From a virus (lineage: Duplodnaviria; Caudoviricetes), in IMG/VR virus record IMGVR_UViG_3300046710_000151, positions 1 through 64,000 of that record: a DNA stretch of 64,000 bases. One strand, 5' to 3'. The position numbers and the translations under genes are program-made. Shown here one piece after another: positions 40,251-48,329 of the stretch (position 1 is the first letter of the stretch; every line of letters starts with the position of its first letter). The notes beneath the pieces are model-generated. The model was not told the origin of the DNA. It saw only the letters and a list, made by a program, of their open reading frames with translations, and searched no databases.

Positions 40251-40672
40251 AATGTTTTCTGATCGAGCCGATTTACGGTGATGGCGATATCGGGTACGAG
40301 GCTTTTGATCGGCGACCGATCGTCGGCTGGGTCCGGTCAGACACCGGCGAGCGGCATGAGCGCAACTGTGAATTCGGCGCAGGCGCTATGTGGTTCGCAA
40401 CATGGTACGGCCCAAAATACAGCGAATGGCAGAATCAGGCCGGGCCACCACTGATCGTACGTTGTCCGGGAGAGCGCGACTGGAATATCGATTCCAGATG
40501 CAGTAATTGTGGACTTCCGGACGACAGACTCCATCGTTGCTGGGTGCGCCACGGAGAGCCGCCGAACATTACCGTTGATAAGGCTGGCGTGACTTGCTCC
40601 GCTGGGGCCGGGAGCATTGTACTCCCCAACTGGCACGGTTTTCTCAGAAACGGCGAATTGGTGGTGGCCTAA
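40241..40672 (+). CDS. DUF6527-like Cys/His protein
   Basis: RHGEPPNITVD...AGSIVLPNWHGFLRNGEL. Confidence 0.55.
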   Translation: MPIKCFLIEPIYGDGDIGYEAFDRRPIVGWVRSDTGERHERNCEFGAGAMWFATWYGPKYSEWQNQAGPPLIVRCPGERDWNIDSRCSNCGLPDDRLHRCWVRHGEPPNITVDKAGVTCSAGAGSIVLPNWHGFLRNGELVVA

Positions 40673-40835
40673 TGCTATTGCAGCCCGAAGTCCTGAAGTG
40701 CTAATGTCCCTGTGGCAAGACCCACGTCCTGCCCGCCGATACCACGGAGTTCGTATGCTCCTGTGGCCGGCCAGGAACCGTGCAGTGGGGAGAAGTCATG
40801 CAGTTGGTTGAGCCGGCGCATGCGGAGCCGCGAAT

Positions 40836-41069
40836 ATGAAACGCGTCCAGCGCGAGACTCGCCGCCGGCAAATCGCCATGGGTATCTGCCTGGGCATGTC
40901 AGTACGCCAAATGGCAGAAGCGCTTGATCTCAACATCCCGACTGTTTACAAATCTCATTATCGGGTAATCCGCGATGCCGGAATGAGTGATCGTGTTGAA
41001 TTTGCATTGCTTCAAAATGCGGGAGTGCGAGAGGTTCTCCGCCGAACTTTCCCAGGTGCCGGAACGTGA
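40836..41069 (+). CDS. Small LuxR/sigma-4-like HTH protein
   Basis: GMSVRQMAEALDLNIPTVYKSHYRV. Confidence 0.6.
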   Translation: MKRVQRETRRRQIAMGICLGMSVRQMAEALDLNIPTVYKSHYRVIRDAGMSDRVEFALLQNAGVREVLRRTFPGAGT

Positions 41070-41223
41070 AACTCCCTCCCTACTTGCGCGCCGTCCCCGT
41101 CGGTCGTTGTGGTCTGACACTTGAGCCCCGCTGGTGGGGCGGTCCAGTAGCCGCGGTTCGCACGTTGTATCAGGCTTGGATGGTCAGGCCGAAATGGAAG
41201 AAGAAGAAAAAGGAGCATTCCCA

Positions 41224-41493
41224 ATGACCTGGGGCCAATCGCAGTTCGACAAACTCCTGATGGCATTCTTCGTACTTGCGCTCACTGGACTCGCTACGGC
41301 ATCGAATGACAAAGTGGCCGCCTTCGCGCTTCAGGGAGCTGCCGGGTGCTTGGGATGCCTGCTAACCCTCGTCACCGCGCGGCGAACCACTGGGCCGGAG
41401 CCTACGTCTTCAGTGACCACGACCACATCTGAAACCGTCACGCCCGCGCCTCAGACGAAGGCGGAAACGCCAAAGGAGATCCCCGCCGCATGA
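41224..41493 (+). CDS. Small two-TM protein, holin candidate
   Basis: Two hydrophobic helices and a polar C-terminal tail; AAGGAG RBS. Confidence 0.45.
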   Translation: MTWGQSQFDKLLMAFFVLALTGLATASNDKVAAFALQGAAGCLGCLLTLVTARRTTGPEPTSSVTTTTSETVTPAPQTKAETPKEIPAA

Positions 41494-42095
41494 TTCCTCG
41501 CTTGATTTCGGCGTACTTGCTGGGCGTCGTTGTGATCGCCGCCTTTTTCACATGGGGCCAGTCTCCAAAAGAGGTTTCCCCAGAAATTGTGAAGCAGATG
41601 ACCAGGGAGGCGCAGGGGCCGATTCCGTACGATGCACAGCGGGAAGATTCTGTCATCCTGCGGGCATTGGCCGTGCTCACACAGCAGGTTGCCGATCTGG
41701 AAAAGACCATTGACGTGCATCGCGTGGAAATCGATTCGATGGATCCGCAAAAGAATGCGGAGCGGATCTTCAGCCTGGAGCGTGACCGCGACGAGCGCCG
41801 CGAAGCCGAGAAGAGACAGGCGGCGGCGAATGACAAACAATGGGACCGGGCATGGAACGCCTTTCTTGCAATCATACTACTACTGGTGGGTATTGCGGCT
41901 CACATGGGAGAAAGGCGCTGGGCTGACTGGAAGCGGCGCACAGCGCGGGACGCCGTGGTGGACACGAAGCTGAACGATATCAAGCGCACTGCCGATGGAT
42001 TGAGCGATAAGCGCGCGTCGGTCTCGAGGGAGCTTGGCCACACTGAGGGGGTTGCCGAGGAAAAGGCCGCCGAGAAGTTGCGCAGCGAGAACTGA
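41490..42095 (+). CDS. Membrane-anchored coiled-coil protein
   Basis: N-terminal and internal TM segments separated by coiled coil. Confidence 0.55.
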   Translation: MIPRLISAYLLGVVVIAAFFTWGQSPKEVSPEIVKQMTREAQGPIPYDAQREDSVILRALAVLTQQVADLEKTIDVHRVEIDSMDPQKNAERIFSLERDRDERREAEKRQAAANDKQWDRAWNAFLAIILLLVGIAAHMGERRWADWKRRTARDAVVDTKLNDIKRTADGLSDKRASVSRELGHTEGVAEEKAAEKLRSEN

Positions 42096-42149
42096 GCGAT
42101 TTAGTGCCGCCCGCTTCCGCCACTCCGCGCTCAGTCGTGCCACGTCCGG

Positions 42150-42470
42150 TTATGCGCTCTTCGCCAGCCGCAATTCATACGCTTCGTTGAATCCCCGGAT
42201 CAACGCCGGGATATCCAGCCCGTGCAGTTTGGCGAAGCCGCGCGGATCGGCGTCGTACTGATCGTGCTCTTTCCGTGTCAAAGGAATTGCTGAGAGATCC
42301 GATGACTTCTGAGACGTGGCGTGCGGTCCGGTGTGGCAGGGATCGCAGGGGCCAAGCCCGGAAACGACCGATGCCTGCCGGCGGATGAAGCGCAGGTAAG
42401 CCGGATCTCGCACCGGCGCGGAGCCAGAGTACATGCGCTCACTGCGGATTCGCTTGGGTTGGACAATCAT
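42150..42470 (-). CDS. DUF968-like His/Cys (HNH-related) protein
   Basis: RDPAYLRFIRRQASVVSG...HTG...QKSSDLSAIPLTRKEHDQYD. Confidence 0.7.
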   Translation of the reverse strand: MIVQPKRIRSERMYSGSAPVRDPAYLRFIRRQASVVSGLGPCDPCHTGPHATSQKSSDLSAIPLTRKEHDQYDADPRGFAKLHGLDIPALIRGFNEAYELRLAKSA

Positions 42471-43557
42471 TTCGGATCACATTGGTAACGAGAACAGATC
42501 ATACGGAAGCGGGCGCAACGGTGCGCAGGGGTTGAGTATGGAACTCGCGCAGACCACCTGCACGTCGGTCTGTTCGCGCCCGCATCCGCCGCAGTGGTAA
42601 AAGAAGCCCCCCGTCAACGTGGCTGAATCGATGGCGTATTCAGAACCCACGGCGATGCCGTCATCCAACACAGGAAATCCGCATGGGCAGATCGATAGAC
42701 GCTGCAACTTGGCGTTTTTCTTCATGCGCCCGCCGCTCCCTGCGCTCTGCGGCACCCCAGGCTCTTCTCGCAGGCCGCGGCAACGGACAGATTCGAGCCT
42801 GCGCAGCGCTTCCAACGCTGCGCCGCGAAATGCCAGATCAGGATGCGCTCCCCAGTCAGGTCGGTGCCGATGGCCTGGAACTGCACGGTGCGGAGGCAGA
42901 CCGGGCAGATGACCGGGGTGGGCTTCGGCGGCGCTTCGTCGCGGTAGGGAATGCAGGTGAGTTTCATACCGGTTCCTTTTTCATTAGATGCAGTATTCTG
43001 GAGCGGCTTCCCTGGTTTTCACCAAGTAATGCCATTCCTGATCTCGGATCACAGGTGCGGAGAGTGCTACTACGACATCGCGGCTCGAAGCGTAAGGCGG
43101 TGATCCAATGCGAGGAAAACGAGGCGAACGTAACTCTCTCGTGAGTTCCGCCTCGGTCCTGAATCTGATTTCCACCTTGCTAGCGTGCGTGGGAACGGAA
43201 TCTCGTAATTGCTCCGGCTTGCGTCGGCAGTCGAGACAGTAGCATGCCCGCGTTTCCTCCGATTCAAACGTCATCGAAAGCAGGAATGGACTCGGATGAT
43301 ATGCTTTGCTCATTCGGCTTCCTTATCCAACTCCGTCCGGCCCTGGGGCTGGCGTAGGCAAGAGGGTGTTTCCCGGTTCGCGCAGAACGAAGCGGTAGTC
43401 GTCGATGCGGCCAGCCCACAGCGCGCCGAGGTCACGCGCCCGGTTGTATTCGGGGCTGTCGTATGGGCTGGCGGCGCGTAGTGCGTCTTCTGCGATCAGC
43501 CGTTTCTGGGCATGGCGGAAGGGGGCTTCGATCTGTTTGCGGGGGAGCATCCGGGGC

Positions 43558-43830
43558 TTAGGCATGGATGTCTCCATCGGTTGACGCTGCTTCGGCGTCC
43601 TCTTCGGCGTGTCCCTGACACCCCGTCTGGTAATCAAAGTTGTCACATGGAGTGCATGGGATGACCTTGTGGCCTTTGGCAATTTCATCCATGAGAACGT
43701 CTTTTGCTTCGCGGGCCGTCATTGTTCGCCCGTCATCGTGTAGGAATACCCCTTTCATCTGGCGGTCACTCCAATTGTGAAGCGCCCCGCGAAGATCAAG
43801 GCAGAGGTGGTACATGGTGGTCTTAGGCAT
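43558..43830 (-). CDS. Hypothetical Cys-containing phage protein
   Basis: GGAGG RBS; IPCTPCDNFDYQTGCQGH. Confidence 0.6.
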   Translation of the reverse strand: MPKTTMYHLCLDLRGALHNWSDRQMKGVFLHDDGRTMTAREAKDVLMDEIAKGHKVIPCTPCDNFDYQTGCQGHAEEDAEAASTDGDIHA

Positions 43831-43866
43831 AGGTGCCTCCCTCCGCTAGTGTCCGCATCCGGGGCT

Positions 43867-44106
43867 TCATCGTTGGCTTACTGGTTTGATGTGCGTCCAT
43901 TTTTCACCATCCCATTCGTCGCGGCCCGACACGTGTTTAATAAACCGCTGTGCGGTGCCGTCCGGGTAGCAAGTGTAGGTCATATCGTTGGCCTCGAAGT
44001 CAACGTATGCGAGCCTCAAGCGCAGGGCGATATCGCAGCCGTTGCGCACGGCGTCGTCCAGATCGGAGCCGATCACCGCATTAAGCGTCAGGGATAGATT
44101 GTTCAT
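43867..44106 (-). CDS. Hypothetical protein
   Basis: Overlap-coupled to the upstream ORF. Confidence 0.55.
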   Translation of the reverse strand: MNNLSLTLNAVIGSDLDDAVRNGCDIALRLRLAYVDFEANDMTYTCYPDGTAQRFIKHVSGRDEWDGEKWTHIKPVSQR

Positions 44107-44642
44107 GCCGCCGCCCTCTTGCCACTCTGAATATAGGATGTGATGAAAAGTGCCCGGATTTCATCCGGTTTTACACGACCGTCGTGCTTGGTCAGCGAGT
44201 GGGCCAATACCATGGCGTACGCATCCACAAGGGCCGAAGCCTCGATCACAAGGCGGTCGGCAGCGGTTACGATGCGTTCGGGAGCGGTGGCGCTGACCGG
44301 CGGCTTGGGCTCCGGGAGTTTGGCCACGGCGAACGTTCCATCGGGCTGCTCACCTACGGCTGGTGCGATCCGCGCCACTTCCCAGGTACGAGTGCCCTTG
44401 CCGTCCTGTCTCATGCAGAGGGTAAACGATTCGCGGACGTTGACGCCTGCCGCTTCGATCTGTCCGGCGACTTCCGGGTCGAGGAAAAGCACACGGTTAT
44501 CCACGGTCGAGTACATCACACGGTCGCCAAAATCGTTGACGATGTGCTTGCCCTGGTTGTACTTCAGGGCGAGCGTTACGGGCACATTTGGCGCGAATTC
44601 AACCACGTCGCGCAAGGTTCGTTGCTGAGCTGCTGCTGCCAT
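44103..44642 (-). CDS. Hypothetical protein (starts MAAAAQQRTL)
   Basis: The GGAGG that forms hammerhead stem I lies 8 nt upstream of ATG 44642. Confidence 0.7.
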   Translation of the reverse strand: MAAAAQQRTLRDVVEFAPNVPVTLALKYNQGKHIVNDFGDRVMYSTVDNRVLFLDPEVAGQIEAAGVNVRESFTLCMRQDGKGTRTWEVARIAPAVGEQPDGTFAVAKLPEPKPPVSATAPERIVTAADRLVIEASALVDAYAMVLAHSLTKHDGRVKPDEIRALFITSYIQSGKRAAA

Positions 44643-44650
44643 TTCGGGTT

Positions 44651-44705
44651 CCTCCGACGCCTCGCGGCGTTTCGGCACGTTACCAGCGCGCCTTCATCAG
44701 GGAGG
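44651..44705 (-). ncRNA. Type I hammerhead ribozyme fold (copy A)
   Basis: Minus strand CCUCC-CUGAUGA-A-GGCGCG(CUGGUAA)CGUGCC-GAAA-CGCC(GCGA)GGCG-UC-GGAGG: full core plus three stems. Confidence 0.75.
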
Positions 44706-45035
44706 TCAGAATCCGCAGTCTTCAATGAACGAGCGGATATGGGTGCCAAGCCGCGTCTGCGTTTCGTCCGCAGCGCGTTTGCATTCGGGGCACAGTTCCC
44801 CAAACTGGTTCGGCTTCTCGCAATCCGGGCAGCAGAGAACCGCGTCGTCATAGTCCGGCTCTTCCGGGCGTTCAAGTTCCCTACCGGGCAGCAGCAGCCC
44901 CAACGCGCGGGCTCCCGTAACGAGATGTTGCACAGCATTGTGCAGATCGCGGTTCTGTTCGTTTTCCGATTCGGTGATGTGCAGCTTAATCAGGTGCAGC
45001 GCCTTCGAAAATTCCGTGTTTGCGTCGATTGCCAT
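44706..45035 (-). CDS. Hypothetical protein with a CxxC...CxxC zinc ribbon
   Basis: MAIDANTEF...CCPDCEKPNQFGELCPEC; bracketed by the two hammerheads. Confidence 0.7.
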   Translation of the reverse strand: MAIDANTEFSKALHLIKLHITESENEQNRDLHNAVQHLVTGARALGLLLPGRELERPEEPDYDDAVLCCPDCEKPNQFGELCPECKRAADETQTRLGTHIRSFIEDCGF

Positions 45036-45044
45036 TTTCGGTTT

Positions 45045-45099
45045 CCTCCGACGCCTCGCGGCGTTTCGGCGCGTTACCAGCGTGCCATCGTCAGGGAGG
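45045..45099 (-). ncRNA. Type I hammerhead ribozyme fold (copy B)
   Basis: Minus strand CCUCC-CUGACGA-U-GGCACG(CUGGUAA)CGCGCC-GAAA-CGCC(GCGA)GGCG-UC-GGAGG. Confidence 0.72.
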
Positions 45100-45114
45100 C
45101 TAAACGGCTTTGGC

Positions 45115-45408
45115 TTATGCGCCTTCGGCTTTTGCCAGGGCGGCCCGCATTTCGGCATGGTACGGAGCGCGGCAGTTCGCTCCCACCGAGCAAAACGGGC
45201 AGTACTGAATCATGTTGTGGACTACGGCGTACAGGTCTGGCGCGGCGGCGATCAGATTAGCATTCGCCGCTTGTTGTTCTCGCCCCATCCAGGTGCGGAT
45301 CTCGGCAACGCCGGACATTCGATTATCCGCATTGCCAGAGAGAACAACCGTATAGCGTGAATTCGCTTTCCACGGTCCCGGTGTCCATTTCGGCGTGTTA
45401 TCAGACAT
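45115..45408 (-). CDS. Phage hypothetical protein (TPGPW...ANANLIAAAPDL family)
   Basis: KWTPGPWK and AANANLIAAAPDLY motifs common in phage early genes. Confidence 0.75.
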   Translation of the reverse strand: MSDNTPKWTPGPWKANSRYTVVLSGNADNRMSGVAEIRTWMGREQQAANANLIAAAPDLYAVVHNMIQYCPFCSVGANCRAPYHAEMRAALAKAEGA

Positions 45409-45419
45409 GAGAGTTTCCT

Positions 45420-45878
45420 TCATGCAACTTCACTTCGTTCGGTCTTTGGCGCGCGCGCCGCGCCCATCGGTTTCGGCGCCACGGCCCGGCGTGCCTGTTC
45501 GTAGCGGATCATGTGCAGCTCCGCCAGTTGCGTCAGCGGGAAGCCGGATCGGCCGTAGCGCGCAACGAGCGTGGTCAGGCGGTCGGCCAGTTGGGCGTTG
45601 GTGCTGGCCTGGGTTTGTTCCAATTGGATATCGCGCGTCATGGGCTTGCGGGCAGGCTGGCAGTGGACGCACTCGGCTTCATGCGCCCGGAGCGCCAGGC
45701 GCATATGGTCGATGGTCTGCGCTTGGCAGATCAAAGCGTCGCGGACGGAGCAGCGTGGGCCGAAGATCGCCAGTTCTTCCGCGTCCTGGGCGGCCAGGTC
45801 GGCTTCGGTGACTTCGTTCTCCGGCTGCGGGGCGGGTTCGGTTTCCTCGAAGGTGGTTCGTTCGGTGAAGCGGTCCAT
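45420..45878 (-). CDS. Hypothetical protein, probably leaderless
   Basis: ATG 6 nt after the predicted -10 element. Confidence 0.55.
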   Translation of the reverse strand: MDRFTERTTFEETEPAPQPENEVTEADLAAQDAEELAIFGPRCSVRDALICQAQTIDHMRLALRAHEAECVHCQPARKPMTRDIQLEQTQASTNAQLADRLTTLVARYGRSGFPLTQLAELHMIRYEQARRAVAPKPMGAARAPKTERSEVA

Positions 45879-45884
45879 GTAGAT

Positions 45885-45913
45885 ATAGTAGCGTATCGCT
45901 AGGCTAATTGCAA
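45885..45913 (-). promoter_or_regulatory. Leftward sigma70-type promoter
   Basis: TTGCAA-17 nt-TACTAT on the minus strand. Confidence 0.65.
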
Positions 45914-45952
45914 GAGAAAAATGCGGTGCTTGCGAAAATAATTGTGTGGCGC

Positions 45953-45981
45953 TTGCAAATCTGATTGATTAGCGGTACGCT
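45953..45981 (+). promoter_or_regulatory. Rightward sigma70-type promoter
   Basis: TTGCAA (45953-45958)-17 nt-TACGCT (45976-45981). Confidence 0.65.
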
Positions 45982-45988
45982 ATCCGTG

Positions 45989-46141
45989 ATGGCAAAAAGA
46001 AAGAATCCAGCCGCAGTGGCTCTAGGTAAGCGTGGCGGGAAAGCCCGCAAGCGAAATCTTACGCCGGAACAGTTGAGCGAGATCGGGCGCAAGGGCGGCA
46101 AGGCGGGCGGGCGCGGGCGGAAGAAGGACGGTAAGGAATGA
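45989..46141 (+). CDS. Small basic KGG-motif protein (absent from the ORF track)
   Basis: MAKRKNPAAVALGKRGGKARKRNLTPEQLSEIGRKGGKAGGRGRKKDGKE. Confidence 0.75.
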   Translation: MAKRKNPAAVALGKRGGKARKRNLTPEQLSEIGRKGGKAGGRGRKKDGKE

Positions 46142-46323
46142 CGCAGACCGGCTTTTATCCCGAAGTATCGGCGATTATCACGGAATTCGGATGCCGCATG
46201 ATCCTGCTGTGCGAAGCAACGGAGCGCGCTACGGCCGCAACGACACAGTTTTCCGAGTCGGCACAATGGCTCGACACGCTGATAAAGGCAGAGGCGCAAG
46301 AGAAGAAGGCCGGCAAGGAGTGA
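46138..46323 (+). CDS. Cassette ORF 1, hypothetical
   Basis: Starts at the ATGA of repeat 1. Confidence 0.55.
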   Translation: MTQTGFYPEVSAIITEFGCRMILLCEATERATAATTQFSESAQWLDTLIKAEAQEKKAGKE

Positions 46324-46325
46324 GT

Positions 46326-46520
46326 ATGGATGGCAAGGTGCCGTGCGTCAAGGTGACGCGTCCCGACACACACGGTGAAGACTGGTGTCTCTACCGGATG
46401 GCTGGGTTCTCCGTGGCGGATGAGTTCGATGGAGCGGAAGTCGGCGAGCGGATCACGCTTGAACTCTGCGAGATGACTGAGGAAGAGATCAAGGCTCTCC
46501 CTGACTTCCAGGGGTGGTAG
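46326..46520 (+). CDS. Cassette ORF 2, hypothetical (acidic)
   Basis: AAGGAG RBS from repeat 2; MDGKVPCVKV...ALPDFQGW. Confidence 0.6.
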   Translation: MDGKVPCVKVTRPDTHGEDWCLYRMAGFSVADEFDGAEVGERITLELCEMTEEEIKALPDFQGW

Positions 46521-46588
46521 CGTAGCGAGATCGCACGGAAAGCGGGCAAGGCGGACGGGCGCGGGCGGAAACGGAAGGACGGCAAGGA

Positions 46589-46786
46589 ATGAGCGAGCGG
46601 CAAACCATATACGAACTCATCGAGCGCGCCCGTCGCCACGTCATGACTGATCAGGAGCGTGAGGCACAGCGCCGCAGCTTCGCGTACAGCAACGCGCATC
46701 TGGACAATCCGGCGATTACAAGGGCTGATATCGATCACGCGGCTGAAATGCTGGCGGGCAAGGCGGCCGCGGAAGAAGGACGGTAA
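46589..46786 (+). CDS. Cassette ORF 3, hypothetical
   Basis: MTDQEREAQRRSFAYSNAHLDNPAITRA. Confidence 0.65.
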   Translation: MSERQTIYELIERARRHVMTDQEREAQRRSFAYSNAHLDNPAITRADIDHAAEMLAGKAAAEEGR

Positions 46787-46789
46787 GGA

Positions 46790-47137
46790 ATGAGCGTTAT
46801 GGAAAAAGCCGTATGGAAGCAAAAGCAAATAGACGATGCCAAGAGGAACCTCGAAATCATCGCGATGTATAACGCAAGACTCAGACAGTTGCGCCAAGTG
46901 ATGCTTTCTCAGTTCTACCAGCCGTTCTGGAACGCGTGGCTCGATGCTGTGGTGAAGGCTGGTACCTTGACTTTGCCGGGATATGCCCAAAATCCGGAAC
47001 CCTACCGCCGGGTGGACTGGCACCCTCCGCCTTGGTCCGAACTCGATCCATTGCGGTCGGAAGAACGCATCGAGATCGCCCGGAAAGCGGGCAAGGCCGG
47101 CGGCAGAGGGCGGAAGCGGAAGGACGGTGAGGCATGA
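46790..47137 (+). CDS. Cassette ORF 4, chimera containing a 48-aa portal fragment
   Basis: RQVMLSQFYQPFWNAWLDA...YRRVDWHPPPW, 39/48 aa identical to the portal segment encoded at 4596-4740. Confidence 0.7.
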   Translation: MSVMEKAVWKQKQIDDAKRNLEIIAMYNARLRQLRQVMLSQFYQPFWNAWLDAVVKAGTLTLPGYAQNPEPYRRVDWHPPPWSELDPLRSEERIEIARKAGKAGGRGRKRKDGEA

Positions 47138-47371
47138 TTGCCCTGGGGAAGAAGCAACTGAATGACCCGAATGCTCTGCGGGAGCGTCGTGCCTGCGTGG
47201 AGTCATTGCTGGGAGAAGACCGATCCATTGCTGGGAGAAGACCGATCATCAGTAAGTCCTTCCAGCCAGGAATGGGTAAGCGCGGCGTACTTTGCTGGTC
47301 ACAGGCAGCTCCAGCTAAACGAGATTGCAGAGATTGACCGGCTTCTCATCGACTTGCTTCCCGTTCGATGA
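47134..47371 (+). pseudogene. Cassette ORF 5 frameshifted by a 22-bp tandem duplication
   Basis: CATTGCTGGGAGAAGACCGATC at 47204-47225 and 47226-47247; removing one copy joins track ORFs 47134..47337 and 47162..47371. Confidence 0.65.
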
Positions 47372-47380
47372 ACTCAGCCG

Positions 47381-47770
47381 CTACTTCACCACGCCAACCG
47401 CCGGCTTTGCAGTTTTCTCCGATTGTCGCATGACGAAGACGCCGGATACCACCAGGGCCGCCCCGCTTCCCATCGCACTTCCGCCGATCACGTTCTTGTT
47501 CTTCTCCATCCATGACGATCCGCATTGGCCTGCGGTCACCTGGATACCGAAAAAGCTGGATATCTGCTGCGCGCGGTCCTGTGCAGGGCAGGGCTTGGTG
47601 AATGCAACGGTGCCCAATGCCATCAGGCCGACGCCGCCGGCGACCATGATGGCGCCGAGCACGCGGTGGTGATGCCGGGCCGGGACGGGAGTGGGCTGGA
47701 CTTGGGGGCTCGCAATGGTAGCTGTCAGTAGGAGCCACATGGTGGTGGCGAGAATGTTTCGTTTTTGCAT
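47381..47770 (-). CDS. Exported/membrane protein
   Basis: Signal-like N-terminus and two Gly-rich hydrophobic segments. Confidence 0.6.
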   Translation of the reverse strand: MQKRNILATTMWLLLTATIASPQVQPTPVPARHHHRVLGAIMVAGGVGLMALGTVAFTKPCPAQDRAQQISSFFGIQVTAGQCGSSWMEKNKNVIGGSAMGSGAALVVSGVFVMRQSEKTAKPAVGVVK

Positions 47771-47843
47771 CTTTTGGGTTTCCTTTTTACTGTTTAATTT
47801 TCTGAATCGCGTTTCTCACACGATCCTTCCGCTGGCCTCGATC

Positions 47844-48245
47844 TCAGCCCCGTGTGCCAGTTCCGCCAGAATCATGTCGCGGTCGGCGTCCCAATCCCTT
47901 TCCGCGTCTTCCAAGCTCGCCCGAATCTCGATCAAGAGCCTTCTTCGTTTGATGAAGCTGCGCCACCGCACGGAGCTTATCGGTCGCGGCCTGATCGGCG
48001 GGGTTGCCAAGTGCATTGCTGAATTCTACAACCTTAGCGGTGGATTCTTCCACGCCTGCCGGTACGGAGATAGTACTGGTTAACAGTCCCTTATATGCTC
48101 TCCATGCCGCTAACAACAAGGCCCCCCGGGATGGTCCCTTTTCTCCGCGTGCCAGGTACGGCGCTATCTCGCGTCTCAATTCTTCCTGTAATTCCTGGGG
48201 AAGTTTGATCGATTCACCCTGTTTTTTACGTTTTGAATCAGTCAT
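47844..48245 (-). CDS. Putative repressor (RHH-like N-terminus)
   Basis: SIKLPQELQEELRREIA; divergent from 48330; its 3' part overlaps another plausible ORF (47816..48016). Confidence 0.5.
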   Translation of the reverse strand: MTDSKRKKQGESIKLPQELQEELRREIAPYLARGEKGPSRGALLLAAWRAYKGLLTSTISVPAGVEESTAKVVEFSNALGNPADQAATDKLRAVAQLHQTKKALDRDSGELGRRGKGLGRRPRHDSGGTGTRG

Positions 48246-48282
48246 TTAGTCTAAACTCCAACCTTTCAACCAAAAAAACCTC

Positions 48283-48311
48283 TTGACCTTTGAAGCACCA
48301 TTGGTTACACT
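48283..48311 (+). promoter_or_regulatory. Rightward early promoter
   Basis: TTGACC (48283-48288)-17 nt-TACACT (48306-48311) in an AT-rich divergent intergenic region. Confidence 0.7.
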
Positions 48312-48329
48312 TCATCACAGATAAACGAG

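Larger units (their letters stand above)
46076..47137 (+). repeat. Five dispersed copies of the KGG-gene 3' end separating small ORFs
   Basis: Copies at about 46076-46141, 46302-46323 (partial), 46524-46592, 46754-46793 and 47071-47137, consensus ...GCAAGGCGGGCGGGCGCGGGCGGAAGAAGGACGGTAAGGAATGA. Confidence 0.85.

Noticed and set aside
41224-42095. Complete lysis cassette
   Set aside because: Only membrane proteins are seen; no endolysin catalytic motif was recognised, so holin/spanin calls remain tentative
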